Shown here: one piece after another, positions 8,976-18,996 of the stretch | Numbering within the stretch: position 1 is the first letter of the stretch | How the letters are laid out: the number at the start of each line of letters is the position of its first letter | DNA from: Candidatus Poribacteria bacterium | Lineage (GTDB): Bacteria > Poribacteria > WGA-4E > WGA-3G | Direction: 5' to 3' | Assembly (NCBI GenBank): GCA_022394755.1 | Contig: JAGFCA010000023.1 | Coordinates: 17,342-81,341 of the forward strand | DNA: 64,000 nucleotides | Position numbers and translations under genes: made by a program | Notes under the pieces: model-generated | What the model saw: only the letters and a program-made list of their open reading frames with translations | The model's database searches: none | Told to the model about the DNA's origin: nothing

Positions 8976-11900
8976 GTGGCAAGATATAAAACGATTTTAA
9001 TCTTATTGTTAGTTATACAAATATGTAATGTGTATGCGTACGAGCAGATGAACACATACACAGTTGCTGACGGTTTAGTAGGACCAATTGTACCTATCAT
9101 ATATCAAGATAGCCGAGGTACATTATGGTTAGGATCAGATCGTGGTGGAGTAAGTTATTTTGATGGATCAACATTCCATCCACTTTCTGGTAATTCAGAG
9201 AAAATCCGTGGCAAGACAAAAAATATAGTAGAAGACAAATGGGGGCATATTTGGTTTCTAAGCAAACATCAATCTGAAGCCGAAGGAATCATTAGTAGAT
9301 ATAATGGTTCTACCCTTGAATTTATCTCTACAGGTAACTGTATGGCTGTCGATAGGGATGGAGATATATGGATAGGTGGGAATAATATAATCACTCAATA
9401 CATCTCTTTTACTAACGAAGAAATACCACAACCTTACAATTATAATATAACCAGTTCAACAGTAGCTAAGGTTAACGTAATCTATCCAACTAAGGAAGGA
9501 ACTCTTTGGATTGGTGGAAATGATGCACAAGGAATCATTATACTACGTTTTAAGGATGAAATAGATTCTTGGCAAACAACCAATTTTGAACGTTTAGGAA
9601 ACCTTCCCGATATACCAAAAGATCGGAGTATAGAGTCAATTATAGAAGATAATGAGGGAAATTTATGGTTTGCAGGTAGACAATTATTACTTCGATTTGA
9701 CAATACGCAAATTGAGGAAATTGTAAGTAATTCAATGAATGCAATACCCTCAACAACAAGTCAATCAAGTATATTAGATAGAGGGAATGTCTCAGTAAAA
9801 ATTGATAGACATGGTAGAATATGGTATAACGACAAAAGCCAATTGAGTTGGTGGGACGGTAAAGCTCTCCAAAGATTAAGAAATTACTCACGAGATATAA
9901 ATCAAGATTTTTTTCTACAAGGATCGTTTGAAATAGAGGATGCCTGGGATAAACTATGGTTTGCAACTAAGAATGGGGCATTTTCATTTGACACTAAATT
10001 TTTTGAACCAAACAAGAATACAATTTTTCAATTTGATCCTACTCTTACTGGCACATCTGAATTACTTCAGAATGTCTATCAGGTCGATAATGGACTTGGA
10101 AGTGATAATATTCAAACAATTTTTGAATCAATGGATGGTAAGATTTGGTTTGGTCATGACAATGGAGTAACAGTTTTCGAACCACAACCTGCAATTGTTA
10201 ATCATACAACACGGTCGGTATTAGGTAGCAATAGTGTTAGATTGATATATCCTGATAGTACTGGCACATTATGGTTTAGTATTCCAGGAGGTATTGCGAA
10301 ATATCTTACTGATGATGAAATTCTATACCCAACTGCCATTGAAAGAAAATTGATAAATTCTGATACTCTTAGAAATCAAAGGGTATCTCGACGCACAGAG
10401 ATTATCAAAATATTTGAAGTAGAGGGTGAACTATGGTTAATGGATAAACCATACTTTCATCAAGACGGATTTACAACATATAGATTCTATCGGAAAAAGA
10501 ATGATGTATTTGATAGTATAACTATAAAAATAAAAGCTGAAGTTGGACCTGGTGGAGAAATTACATATTCAGATTCGGATCCGTTATTAACATCTAATAT
10601 CAATCCATGGATTGTTATAGGAGGTATATTATTTTATCCAAATACCAACGGTCTTTATAGATTAACTACTGAAGGAATAGTAAGATCCACTTCATTCAAT
10701 AGTACGGATAGTTTATCTACCCCGACAAATGCAATCATTGCATTATATAATGATAGTACAAATCGTTTATGGTGTTATTATGACTCTGGAGAAATAAAAA
10801 GATTCTCTAATATCAAGAATAAATTCCAGCAAATTTCCAGTTCGATTCAAGCAGAAGTCCTGCCTTACCGGTCATTTGTACCAATACCAAGTATTTCAAG
10901 TACAGACGAAGTAAGATGGTTCTATAATACAATTAGTGGGCAATTAGTGTATTTAGAGAGTCCTGAACAAGGGAATGTCTTAACCGAAGTACCAGGTGCA
11001 GCAAGTGGTAAACCTTTACTCTCAGTTCAAAACACTATATCTACAAATGAAGTTAATGGAACTGAGTTGCATGAAACTACATTTGTATTACCTGACAGCA
11101 TTAAGACTTATCAAGGAACGGAATTAAAGAACTCAGTCTCAGTAAGTTTGACAAAAATTGAAGGTGCGCTCACTACTAATGAAGGTGATTTATGGTTGGC
11201 TACCTCACAAGGTGCAATTCATTATAATGGTGAAATAGCTACAACTTATACAACAGAAAATGGTTTCCTTGTAGACGATCTAAGGGATATACATGAAGAC
11301 AATTGGGGTAACATCTGGTTTGCAACTTGGGGTGGTGGGGTAGTAAGATTTGATGGTGAAACATTCCAATCTATTACTACAAAAAATGGTCTAATTCATA
11401 ATAATGTTTCAGATATACATGCATCAGAATCACAAGAATTATGGTTTGCAACTGAAGGTGGTGCCACACAATATAGACCAAGTCTTGGTGCTTTGCCTTT
11501 CTGTAAGATAGAATCTGTTAAAACTGATGGAAAAGAACATTCTAATCAGGATACTATGGAAAATGTCGACTCAATTTTGTCAGATCTTCAAACTCCTTTA
11601 CCATCCAATTTAAAGGATCTGACTATTGAGTTTAAAGGAATCAGTCCGTTAAGAGATGCAGTAGACTATAAGTTTAAACTCATTGGGGTTGGTAAGAATA
11701 CATGGACAACTTACAAATCAGATCATAAAACTGCTTTAGAAACCAGAATCAATGAAGATGTAATAGCATATTTTCAGCCGCAAGATGATGGTTTAGGTAT
11801 TACTTCACCCCATGTCAGATATGAAGGATTGAAATCAGGAAAATATAGTTTCTTAATTACAGCATTTCGTAAAGGATGGCCATATACTCAGCGTCCAGCA

Positions 11901-12797
11901 GTTCTTAATTTCACAATAGACCAACCAGTATTAAGTAGATCGAAGAAATATCTACCTACTGTTGTATTTCTCTTAGCTGTTGCCTCCTTAGGTTTTAGAT
12001 TGATTGTTAATCGTAGACAGACAGCACAATTACGTCTTGAAATGAGAGAAAAAGAAGAAGCAGAAATGATTCGGATTAGGGCAGAATTAAATGAAGCCCA
12101 GAACATTCAAATGGGGTTACTGCCAACAGAACCACCAGAAACACAGTCTTTCGATATTGCTGCTATGTCAATTCCGGCAACACAAGTGGGTGGTGACTTC
12201 TTTGATTATGTTTCATTGGAAAACGGACTAACTGCTATTGCAGTCGCGGATGCAGCAGGGAAAGGAATTCGAGGGGCAATGAATGCTGTGCTAACCAATG
12301 GTATGTTACATGAAGTCGCACGAGTTAATAATGAGGCGGATATAATACTCAGAGAACTGAATTCCGGTTTATCACCACGCATGTACGGTCCAAGTTTTAT
12401 CGCATTGAATTTAGCTATACTGAGTGATGAAAATAATATGGTGGATTATGCTAATGGTGGACAACCCTATCCAATTCTAAAACGCGGTACTGAAGCAATC
12501 GAAATTGAAACAAGTGATTTACCACTTGGTAGTAGAAACAAGGTGGATTATGAATCAATTTCGTTTGAACTCTTAGATGGGGATTATCTGATTTTCCATA
12601 CAGATGGACTTATCGAAGCATTAAATAAAGATGAAGATATGTACGGTACTGACCGATTAAAGGAATTTATTTCAAATATTCCTAATGACGATACTGCAGA
12701 GGAAGTAATAAAGAAGATTGTTGATGAAATACAGAGTTTTGTTCAGGATGCTGAACAATATGACGATTTGACTCTTGTTGTCGTTAAAAAAATATAA
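8976..12797 (+). CDS. Periplasmic two-component-regulator-propeller/Y_Y_Y sensor fused through one TM helix to a PP2C (SpoIIE/RsbU-type) serine phosphatase
   Basis: Signal peptide. Many D..G.LW.G...G. propeller repeats and a Y_Y_Y-like VDYKFKLIG segment. TM helix (LPTVVFLLAVASLGF), a coiled coil, then GGDFFDY...AVADAAGKGIRGA...HTDGL...DDLTLVVV. Confidence 0.75.
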   Translation: MARYKTILILLLVIQICNVYAYEQMNTYTVADGLVGPIVPIIYQDSRGTLWLGSDRGGVSYFDGSTFHPLSGNSEKIRGKTKNIVEDKWGHIWFLSKHQSEAEGIISRYNGSTLEFISTGNCMAVDRDGDIWIGGNNIITQYISFTNEEIPQPYNYNITSSTVAKVNVIYPTKEGTLWIGGNDAQGIIILRFKDEIDSWQTTNFERLGNLPDIPKDRSIESIIEDNEGNLWFAGRQLLLRFDNTQIEEIVSNSMNAIPSTTSQSSILDRGNVSVKIDRHGRIWYNDKSQLSWWDGKALQRLRNYSRDINQDFFLQGSFEIEDAWDKLWFATKNGAFSFDTKFFEPNKNTIFQFDPTLTGTSELLQNVYQVDNGLGSDNIQTIFESMDGKIWFGHDNGVTVFEPQPAIVNHTTRSVLGSNSVRLIYPDSTGTLWFSIPGGIAKYLTDDEILYPTAIERKLINSDTLRNQRVSRRTEIIKIFEVEGELWLMDKPYFHQDGFTTYRFYRKKNDVFDSITIKIKAEVGPGGEITYSDSDPLLTSNINPWIVIGGILFYPNTNGLYRLTTEGIVRSTSFNSTDSLSTPTNAIIALYNDSTNRLWCYYDSGEIKRFSNIKNKFQQISSSIQAEVLPYRSFVPIPSISSTDEVRWFYNTISGQLVYLESPEQGNVLTEVPGAASGKPLLSVQNTISTNEVNGTELHETTFVLPDSIKTYQGTELKNSVSVSLTKIEGALTTNEGDLWLATSQGAIHYNGEIATTYTTENGFLVDDLRDIHEDNWGNIWFATWGGGVVRFDGETFQSITTKNGLIHNNVSDIHASESQELWFATEGGATQYRPSLGALPFCKIESVKTDGKEHSNQDTMENVDSILSDLQTPLPSNLKDLTIEFKGISPLRDAVDYKFKLIGVGKNTWTTYKSDHKTALETRINEDVIAYFQPQDDGLGITSPHVRYEGLKSGKYSFLITAFRKGWPYTQRPAVLNFTIDQPVLSRSKKYLPTVVFLLAVASLGFRLIVNRRQTAQLRLEMREKEEAEMIRIRAELNEAQNIQMGLLPTEPPETQSFDIAAMSIPATQVGGDFFDYVSLENGLTAIAVADAAGKGIRGAMNAVLTNGMLHEVARVNNEADIILRELNSGLSPRMYGPSFIALNLAILSDENNMVDYANGGQPYPILKRGTEAIEIETSDLPLGSRNKVDYESISFELLDGDYLIFHTDGLIEALNKDEDMYGTDRLKEFISNIPNDDTAEEVIKKIVDEIQSFVQDAEQYDDLTLVVVKKI

Positions 12798-12855
12798 CTT
12801 ATAATCTATATAATATGGAAGAATCCATTTTCTCTCTTTGTCGATACGTTATGTC

Positions 12856-14775
12856 TTATGCATTTCTAAAATCAATTACTGTTTGACGATATTCCTCTGG
12901 TAGTCCTATATCAAATCTCCGTCCCTTTACAACATACCCAGAAAATCCTTCTGTTTTTCTTAGATCATCTAAACAGGATGTTAATTGAAATTCTCCTCTT
13001 TCCCTAAAGTTATGCTCAATGTTCTGTTCAAGAAAACCGAAGATTTGTGGTTCAATAACATAAATTCCAAATACTGTTAGGTACATATTCTCATCCATAC
13101 CATCGACATGTAGATGTTCCCTGGCATATTCCGGGTCCGGTTTTTCATAAAATTCAGTTACAGATAACATCTCCCCTTCTTCATTCCATATACCTGTAAC
13201 ACATCCAAAATTGGATAACTCCTGGATGTCTGTTTCTTTTAGTCCTACCACACTATGGTTTACACGTTCATAAGCATCCAAAACCTGTTGTGCACATGAC
13301 TCAGTCTCATCAGACCCGTATAGATGATCACCTAACATTAATAGAAACGGTTCATTGGCTACCCATTCGCGAGCACAATATACTGCATGACCAAATCCTT
13401 CTTGAACATCCTGCGTTACGAATGAAATTTTATTTCCTAATTCTATTAAGTAATCACAATACTTCTGATTTTCCTTACTTAATTTATTATAATGTTCAAT
13501 CCGAGGAGGGGTCTTAAAGTAAGATTCAAACAGTTCTATATCTGCTTTCTGTATTATCAGACACACTTCCTCGATACCAGCGTTGATTGCTTCTTCAACA
13601 ATAGCCATAATTGCAGGTTTTGCTCTGCCAGAATTATCAATTACAGGAAACAATTCTTTCTTCATTGCTTTTGATGCAGGGAATAAACGTGTACCAAAAC
13701 CAGCAGCGGGGATAACTGCCTTACGTACGTTTCGACTGGCTTCAATTACTAATTTGAGAGACGACATTTTCAAATCTCTTTCAATTATCTCAATTACACG
13801 TCTTTGTGATTCTTCATCCTTAACAATAAACTGCGCACTCCCGTCTCCCTGTGATCCTACACCCTTCCCACCTAAAATGTAGGGTTGTATAGGTTCATAA
13901 TTTAGGACTTTATGGAGAGTTGGTGCAGTCAACTGTGTAGGACAGGCAGGAATTAGATGCTTATCAAATTCTTGTTGGGCACGTGTCATTAATTTTCCAA
14001 CCAATTCTGCATCGCCTTGACGGAGTGCTTCATAAGCTTCTTTTGTAATTTCTGCACTTAAAGGACCAAGAAAATGCTGAACTTTCTCTTGTAATTCATT
14101 CTCGGCAAATGGATAACAATGGTTAAGTTGGTTTAGTATTAGTCGTGTATCTTTCCCTGCACCTAAATCGACTATTACCATATATATATTTGATGACACA
14201 CTGAATTCCTTTACATCAATTAAATCTCCATCAAAACTCATAAGAATTGGATGTTGGTATGCACATCCTTGATCCATTCTTCCACATCGTGATGGTGTCG
14301 TGGTTTCACCACGATATGCATATTCCATCTCACCACGTGTGGTCATTTTTAAATCATATATCCGGTTAAATGCTCGTGCCACCAGAACACAAATCGCTGC
14401 ACTGGAAGATAATCCTTTTTTTACAGGTAAATCTGTCAGGTAGTTATCAATTTCTAAACCTTGAACTTTGTAATCAGTAAGTATTTGATATGCAACACCG
14501 GCTGCATAACTGAAAAAACTACCTTTTTCAGCCTCATTCAAAAGGATTGATGGATCCATCGGAAGTGTATAGGGGCCATGTCTTGTTCCATCACTAAGTG
14601 TTGTTTTTAAAATAAGACTTGTCGGATGGGGTTGAACATCAGCATATACACCTTGATTGGTACTGGTAATAATCGTATACCCTTTTTCAAGTTCAGCATT
14701 ATTTTGTCTATAACGAGCAGCCCAATCAGTATGTTCACCAAAAAGACATATTCTACCCGGCACAAAAAGCTTCAT
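12856..14775 (-). CDS. Bifunctional GHMP-family sugar 1-kinase / UTP-sugar-1-phosphate uridylyltransferase (GalU-like) fusion
   Basis: N-terminal half has PGRICLFGEHTDW and KKGLSSSAA (GHMP motifs I and II). C-terminal half has VIPAAGFGTRLFPASKAMKKELFPV (GalU/nucleotidyltransferase motif). Single uninterrupted 639-aa ORF with an AGGAAAG RBS. Confidence 0.7.
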   Translation of the reverse strand: MKLFVPGRICLFGEHTDWAARYRQNNAELEKGYTIITSTNQGVYADVQPHPTSLILKTTLSDGTRHGPYTLPMDPSILLNEAEKGSFFSYAAGVAYQILTDYKVQGLEIDNYLTDLPVKKGLSSSAAICVLVARAFNRIYDLKMTTRGEMEYAYRGETTTPSRCGRMDQGCAYQHPILMSFDGDLIDVKEFSVSSNIYMVIVDLGAGKDTRLILNQLNHCYPFAENELQEKVQHFLGPLSAEITKEAYEALRQGDAELVGKLMTRAQQEFDKHLIPACPTQLTAPTLHKVLNYEPIQPYILGGKGVGSQGDGSAQFIVKDEESQRRVIEIIERDLKMSSLKLVIEASRNVRKAVIPAAGFGTRLFPASKAMKKELFPVIDNSGRAKPAIMAIVEEAINAGIEEVCLIIQKADIELFESYFKTPPRIEHYNKLSKENQKYCDYLIELGNKISFVTQDVQEGFGHAVYCAREWVANEPFLLMLGDHLYGSDETESCAQQVLDAYERVNHSVVGLKETDIQELSNFGCVTGIWNEEGEMLSVTEFYEKPDPEYAREHLHVDGMDENMYLTVFGIYVIEPQIFGFLEQNIEHNFRERGEFQLTSCLDDLRKTEGFSGYVVKGRRFDIGLPEEYRQTVIDFRNA

Positions 14776-14847
14776 AATCTTTCCTAATCTCTAATGGGAT
14801 TATAACTTCAATATTGCTTTCAAGAATTAAATTATTGTGTGATTATT

Positions 14848-15708
14848 TTAATTAAAACGATATTGAATAATTTCTGCAATTGGATTGTAACCTATTCTTC
14901 TATATATTGAGTTCGATACAGGATTTTCTAAATCTGAATATAGGATACAATGATATCCTTCATCATAGATTTGCTGTGAGATCTTTCCTACACATGCTGT
15001 TGCATAACCATTTTGTCTATGCTCGGGTGGTGTGTATACTTTTTCAACACGGATAACACCAGACAGAATAGGAGTTTGGAATGCCATTGAAACAGGTTCT
15101 GGATTCACCCACACCCATAAATTCTTTTCTTCGATATTCATTTCGATGTTCTCTGATATATGTGTCTTACGAGCATGGAGTATTTCAGAATCAGTTGTTT
15201 CCTGATATTCACCTCTCTCTACAGCTAAATCATATAACCATCTGTTTAGAAGTTCACTATCTTCAATAGTTGCTGCACGTATATTTCCATTTGTATTCTT
15301 TAAATTATGAAGATGTTGTAATTCATACAAACGTAATGCTAAGAACGGATGTGCTGAGGTCTTATTCTTATCTGCCCATTCACCAGCAAAAACTGCAACT
15401 GTTGAAACTTCGCCAACAATACCAGGAAGCACTATGCCACCATCAGATAAAGTGTCCGCTAAAAATCGAACTGCTTCGGTCGGTATTGTAGAAATTATAC
15501 CCCGTGAATCTATTGATGGTTGAACAAATACGCCAACAACATTAGTATTGTTTTTAACATACCAATATCTGGCATTGTTTTGAATTTTTAATGTAGAATC
15601 TAAAATTGTAAGAATTAGATTATTTCTAAGTGGGTCTGAATTTAGATACTCCTTAGTTTCATTCAGCAATACTTCTGGATCATCAGTATATTTTATATCA
15701 AATTCCAT
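14848..15708 (-). CDS. GNAT-family N-acetyltransferase (two-domain)
   Basis: C-terminal RQNGYATACVGKISQQ...SNSIYRRIGY matches the acetyl-CoA binding Q/RxxGxG/A region of GNATs. Confidence 0.65.
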   Translation of the reverse strand: MEFDIKYTDDPEVLLNETKEYLNSDPLRNNLILTILDSTLKIQNNARYWYVKNNTNVVGVFVQPSIDSRGIISTIPTEAVRFLADTLSDGGIVLPGIVGEVSTVAVFAGEWADKNKTSAHPFLALRLYELQHLHNLKNTNGNIRAATIEDSELLNRWLYDLAVERGEYQETTDSEILHARKTHISENIEMNIEEKNLWVWVNPEPVSMAFQTPILSGVIRVEKVYTPPEHRQNGYATACVGKISQQIYDEGYHCILYSDLENPVSNSIYRRIGYNPIAEIIQYRFN

Positions 15709-15872
15709 AGGTATATTATATTACGAAATATCCAATAGGTCAACATGACATTTCTATCTTATACTGTAATTTAGTATTTAGAATTCACTGTAGAAATGGT
15801 ATTAAACCGATATAGGTATGTATTTTGTAAATATGCCTTAGACTCTATCAATTGATAATTACTTATAAATTC

Positions 15873-18197
15873 TCACTTATTCATCATCCATCTACACCTT
15901 TCCACCCATTCTGTTAAATCTAATGACATACCTAATGAAATCGAATCATTAGACAAAATTTCACGAAATCTTAGTTCAGCATTTTTAAAATCATTCGTAA
16001 AAAAAGTATTTTTTGAATTTAATATCTGTGAATATAATTTTAGTTGGAATGGTATTGTTTTAGTCTCGTTTAGTCTTAGTCCTTCCGTAAGATATTGTGT
16101 ACTTAATTCCCATGACTTCTCTTTATGAAGTAATTCACCAACTAATATATAGGGTAACCATTCATCTGGTTCTGATTCTATGATTTGTAATAAAATAGCT
16201 ATTTTAGATCCATTTCCCATTGAAGGAGAATCACTTTTGGGTATTAACACATTTTTTAATTTATCTTGAGAAGAATTACTGAATGCCGGGGATAATGACG
16301 TAATTCTCTTATGTAAATTTAGTTGACGAGGATAATATAAATTCCTATCGATTACACTATGAAATAACTGAAGTGCTTGTTCGTATTTACCTTGATTCCA
16401 ATAAATATCTCCAAGCATTTGAGTAGCTTCAATTTTATAGAGTGAATTCTCATCATTAATTATTTTTCGGGAAAGTGAAATTGTTAGTGGGATATCACCT
16501 TTCTTATAAGCACTATACATCAAACCAATCAAAGTTCTTGGATTACCAGGTTCATCATCAAGCATATTATAGAAGGTGTTTGTTGCGGTAAAATAGTCTT
16601 TATTGTAATAGGCTTTCCAAGCTTTACTCCTTTGTGCTGCCATTTCGTGTGCACATACCTGTTGGAAAATACCCCCTGGTCTTAATCGCCTTTCAGCATA
16701 CTTGATATCGAGTTCAGTTAGTTCAACATGGTCTGATAGAAATTTCATCCATTCAGCTTCAAGAACAGTTAGATCTTTCTCGTAAATCCTTGATATATTG
16801 CCTAAAGGAAAACAACTCTTCAATTTTTCTAACCCATAAGTATCAATTAGAAACCTGATAAATGAACCAGCAATTAAATAGCTTCTTGACCCGGCATGTC
16901 TCCAAAATCCGAGCCCCATGACACTATTTAAGTCAGGTGCAACATTTAATTGGTACATTGCCTTTACCCATTGATGAACAGAGAGATTTTCCTCATTCCA
17001 ATCTGCAGCAACTGCAACACCTTCATGTACACCGACATTAAGACTGACTTTCCATGGGGACCAATTTGCTGTAAGGACATGTACAAGTTCATGCTTTACC
17101 ACAGGATGTGGGAATCCTTGAGTATGTATATGAAAGCCGTAGCCAAAAGGATCTTCTACAAAAGTTGAACCTGCCCCAATTAGTTTTTTCTTCTCTTCTG
17201 GAGATGAGTAAAGGTAAACACGTACTTTTCTTGAACTATCTGTCTCTAAGTATTTAGACAACTGTTCATAACGAAACTCACAATCCAAACTAAATTGTTC
17301 AATCTCCATTTCAAGTTGTCGGGAATAGATAATCTCAAAATGCTCTGTTTCTCTATACCCTCCTAATGCCTTTGAGACATCATGCCGTGTAGGTCGTATA
17401 CCTAATTGACCAGAGAATACCTCTGAAGAAATTACAAGGATTATAAAAGAAACACATATAGCCATCTTTCCAATATGAAGACGATCAGATTCTTTTAAGA
17501 TTAGTTTACTCCAGTTTAATTTTGGAGTAAAACCAGTGTCTCTACTTACTTCACATGAACTAATTGTGATATATAGAAGCAACACACCCCATAATAAACC
17601 TATGGAACGCGCAATATAAAATGTTGGAGATATAGTAATTAGAAAGTCGTAGATCGGACCAGGGAAATATCCAAGAATTGGATGGTATGTAAACACTGGA
17701 GGATGAAAAATGAGATTAATCACGACAGGTATACAGGACAAGATGAGAAATCCAATATAACTAAGATAAGCTTTCCATCTTTTCTGTACCCATGTATTAA
17801 AGAATATACCTGCTGCAGATACAGCCACACAACTGATAAATGGAATTGTTATAAAATAAAAGAACCCATCAATATAATTACAATTCTTTACTCTTAGTGA
17901 ATTGAGGAGTATTATGATTAAAGGAATAACCAGTAATAGAAGGTTGGACCGGAGAGATCTAAAAAAGCCTTGTACAACGAGTTTCCTGCTGGAACCTTGA
18001 AGATTATCTGGGTCTTTTAACAGTACATGCCAATGTGTCATTGCAACATGTGGTCCTGTAAAAGAGATACATATAGCTAAAACAGCACAGAACTCAAAAC
18101 CAAGAATGTTAAATAGCGGTGTTGTACAGAGTATAATTGACACTGTACAGAAGAATATCACCCATAACCAATATGAAAAGTTTTTATATTCAAACAT
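15873..18197 (-). CDS. Polytopic membrane protein with peptidase-MA-like (HExxH...EG) domain and C-terminal TPR repeats
   Basis: About 8 N-terminal hydrophobic helices. HELVHVLT followed by VHEGVAVAADW (gluzincin-like third ligand context). TPR-like helical repeats in the last ~250 aa. TGA stop. Confidence 0.5.
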   Translation of the reverse strand: MFEYKNFSYWLWVIFFCTVSIILCTTPLFNILGFEFCAVLAICISFTGPHVAMTHWHVLLKDPDNLQGSSRKLVVQGFFRSLRSNLLLLVIPLIIILLNSLRVKNCNYIDGFFYFITIPFISCVAVSAAGIFFNTWVQKRWKAYLSYIGFLILSCIPVVINLIFHPPVFTYHPILGYFPGPIYDFLITISPTFYIARSIGLLWGVLLLYITISSCEVSRDTGFTPKLNWSKLILKESDRLHIGKMAICVSFIILVISSEVFSGQLGIRPTRHDVSKALGGYRETEHFEIIYSRQLEMEIEQFSLDCEFRYEQLSKYLETDSSRKVRVYLYSSPEEKKKLIGAGSTFVEDPFGYGFHIHTQGFPHPVVKHELVHVLTANWSPWKVSLNVGVHEGVAVAADWNEENLSVHQWVKAMYQLNVAPDLNSVMGLGFWRHAGSRSYLIAGSFIRFLIDTYGLEKLKSCFPLGNISRIYEKDLTVLEAEWMKFLSDHVELTELDIKYAERRLRPGGIFQQVCAHEMAAQRSKAWKAYYNKDYFTATNTFYNMLDDEPGNPRTLIGLMYSAYKKGDIPLTISLSRKIINDENSLYKIEATQMLGDIYWNQGKYEQALQLFHSVIDRNLYYPRQLNLHKRITSLSPAFSNSSQDKLKNVLIPKSDSPSMGNGSKIAILLQIIESEPDEWLPYILVGELLHKEKSWELSTQYLTEGLRLNETKTIPFQLKLYSQILNSKNTFFTNDFKNAELRFREILSNDSISLGMSLDLTEWVERCRWMMNK

Positions 18198-18500
18198 AAG
18201 AAATCACAATCTAATCGATCTAATTCTATCGATCTTTGTATGATTATCAATTGTGTAAACTAACATATATACTATACGTTATACCTAATTAAGACTTATA
18301 TTAGATATAACCATGAATTAGACTTCAAATAATGACAAATACAGATTTATACTTAGTTGATAAAGATGTTGTTCATATTTTATGGATCATTTCTCTATCC
18401 ATATTAATTTGAAATTATCCGACTAACTATTTCTATATTGTCTAATATACACATTTATTCTAAGATTAAATCATCTCAAATTAACATAGGAGAATTAGTA

Positions 18501-18974
18501 ATGTATAAACAATATACATCATTGTTAGGTATTTTGCTTTTCTTAATAATTTTAGCAGGTTGTGAAGAATCCACATCAGGAGGTAGTGGCGCAATTGACC
18601 TTGGACGCGGAGAACCCAATATAGTTGAGTCTGTATTAGCTCTTTCTGTTCATGATGACAGACCTGATGGTATTACAGATACATTTGTATCTGAAGTTAA
18701 TGATCAAGTGTATTTATGGTTACTTTGGGAAAATATTGAAAAGGCACATACAGTTGAAGTTTCATGGTTTTCACCGGATGATGATGTGGAAGATCCTCCG
18801 TTTTGGACAGAGAAAAGAACTATTTCCTCAACAACCGGTGAAAAAATCACATGGTTCTATATTGATGCACCAGATATACCGTTATCTGAAGACCATTTTG
18901 CTCAGGGTGAATGGTTTGTTGAAGTATTCCTTGATGGGTTATTTGAACGTAGTCATATATTCATTATGGAATAA
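18501..18974 (+). CDS. Hypothetical lipoprotein
   Basis: ATG 18501 follows AGGAGA. Signal peptide with lipobox LAGC. No recognisable family. Confidence 0.5.
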   Translation: MYKQYTSLLGILLFLIILAGCEESTSGGSGAIDLGRGEPNIVESVLALSVHDDRPDGITDTFVSEVNDQVYLWLLWENIEKAHTVEVSWFSPDDDVEDPPFWTEKRTISSTTGEKITWFYIDAPDIPLSEDHFAQGEWFVEVFLDGLFERSHIFIME

Positions 18975-18996
18975 CATCAGACAAACGCATTTGAAA

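Noticed and set aside
12815-12835. Terminator between convergent genes (ATGGA-agaa-TCCAT followed by TTTTCTC)
   Set aside because: A 5-bp AT-rich stem is too weak to call with confidence.
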